Assembly (NCBI GenBank): GCA_963786955.1
Contig: CAWBAT010000006.1
Span: 384,001 to 448,000 of the forward strand
Source of the DNA: an uncultured Acidimicrobiia bacterium
GTDB taxonomy: Bacteria; Acidobacteriota; Terriglobia; Versatilivoradales; Versatilivoraceae
DNA length: 64,000 bases
Reading direction: 5' to 3'
The position numbers were made by a program, and so were the translations under genes. Under the pieces are notes generated by a model, which was not told the DNA's origin, did no database searches, and saw nothing but the letters and a program-made list of their open reading frames with translations. Of this stretch, positions 63,244 to 64,000 are shown piece by piece; positions within the stretch are counted from its first letter, which is position 1, and each line of letters begins with the position of its first letter.

Positions 63244-64000
63244 ATACGGCGAAGACACTGACCAAATTTTACAAGGACCCGGACTTTATCAACTCACCTG
63301 ACGCAAGAACATTGAGACTCCTCTCCGAATATCTGGGACCGATGTCAAGCTTTCACCGGGAGAAGATAAAAGATACCATTGTATTTTTCGGATCTGCGCG
63401 AGCAATTCCCCTCGCGCAAGCAGAAGCTGAATATCAGAACCTTCTGAGAAATCAGCCCAATCCAGATCAGTTTGGTGAACGTAAACTTGAGATCGCCAAA
63501 ATGAAGGTCCGGCTGGCAAAGTATTATGATGACGCGGTTGAACTTTCTCGGCTCCTGACCGAATGGTCCATGTCTCTCGCCAAGAAGTCGCGACGATTCG
63601 TTGTCTGTTCAGGGGGTGGCCCAGGCATTATGGAAGCAGCCAATCGTGGAGCCCGGCTGGCCGGCGGCAAGACGATTGGACTAAATATCAGCCTCCCTTT
63701 TGAGCAGGAACCCAACGAATATATCTCGAGTGAACTGAGCTTCGAGTTTCACTACTTCTTCATGCGCAAATACTGGTTTGTCTACCTGGCGAAAGCACTG
63801 ATTGTCTTTCCTGGCGGATTTGGCACGATGGATGAACTTATGGAGGTTCTTACACTCGTTCAAACGCATAAGATCAGCAAGAAGATGGTGGTCCTGCTTT
63901 ATGGGGCGCAATATTGGAATGAGCTCATTAATTTTGACGCTCTCGTCCGCTGGGGAACGATCGATTCCGAAGACCTCAAATTGTTTCAATTTGCCGACAG
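63240..64000 (+). CDS. LOG family protein (lysine decarboxylase-like); runs off the right edge
   Basis: Not in the ORF track. VFFGSAR, SGGGPGIMEAANRGA, FFMRK, PGGFGTMDE. Confidence 0.9.
   Translation, partial: MNTAKTLTKFYKDPDFINSPDARTLRLLSEYLGPMSSFHREKIKDTIVFFGSARAIPLAQAEAEYQNLLRNQPNPDQFGERKLEIAKMKVRLAKYYDDAVELSRLLTEWSMSLAKKSRRFVVCSGGGPGIMEAANRGARLAGGKTIGLNISLPFEQEPNEYISSELSFEFHYFFMRKYWFVYLAKALIVFPGGFGTMDELMEVLTLVQTHKISKKMVVLLYGAQYWNELINFDALVRWGTIDSEDLKLFQFAD

Noticed and set aside
1-64000. CRISPR array, tRNA/rRNA, prophage, transposase or defence genes
   Set aside because: No regularly spaced repeats, cloverleaf or rRNA-like sequence, or matching protein motifs were seen by eye.

Overview
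Chromosomal housekeeping region, most likely from an Acidobacteriota genome. That assignment is an inference from the tandem acidobacterial-type VWA proteins, the divergent Hfq-like paralogs and the overall gene set. Genes include asnS, arginase, ddl, a Lol-like/ABC envelope cluster, acnA, aroA, etfBA, nrdJ with tandem NrdR boxes, rpmE-prfA-prmC, sppA, an HU/IHF gene, two two-component systems, tmk-holB and a putative glucosylglycerate operon. From about 23.3 kb to 59 kb many genes, including essential ones, carry single-base frameshifts that look like long-read sequencing errors. The main things the ORF track misses are (1) a 74-aa SelW/Rdx-family selenoprotein with a CxxU motif, in-frame UGA and SECIS-like hairpin at 9446-9670, and (2) three copies of a ~168-bp MITE with terminal inverted repeats and 8-bp target duplications that carries an internal GTAG-type REP doublet. 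There are also candidate structured RNA leaders upstream of nrdJ and an Hfq-like gene. I saw no tRNA, rRNA, CRISPR array, transposase or prophage. All family assignments come from motif recognition by eye; no database searches were run.
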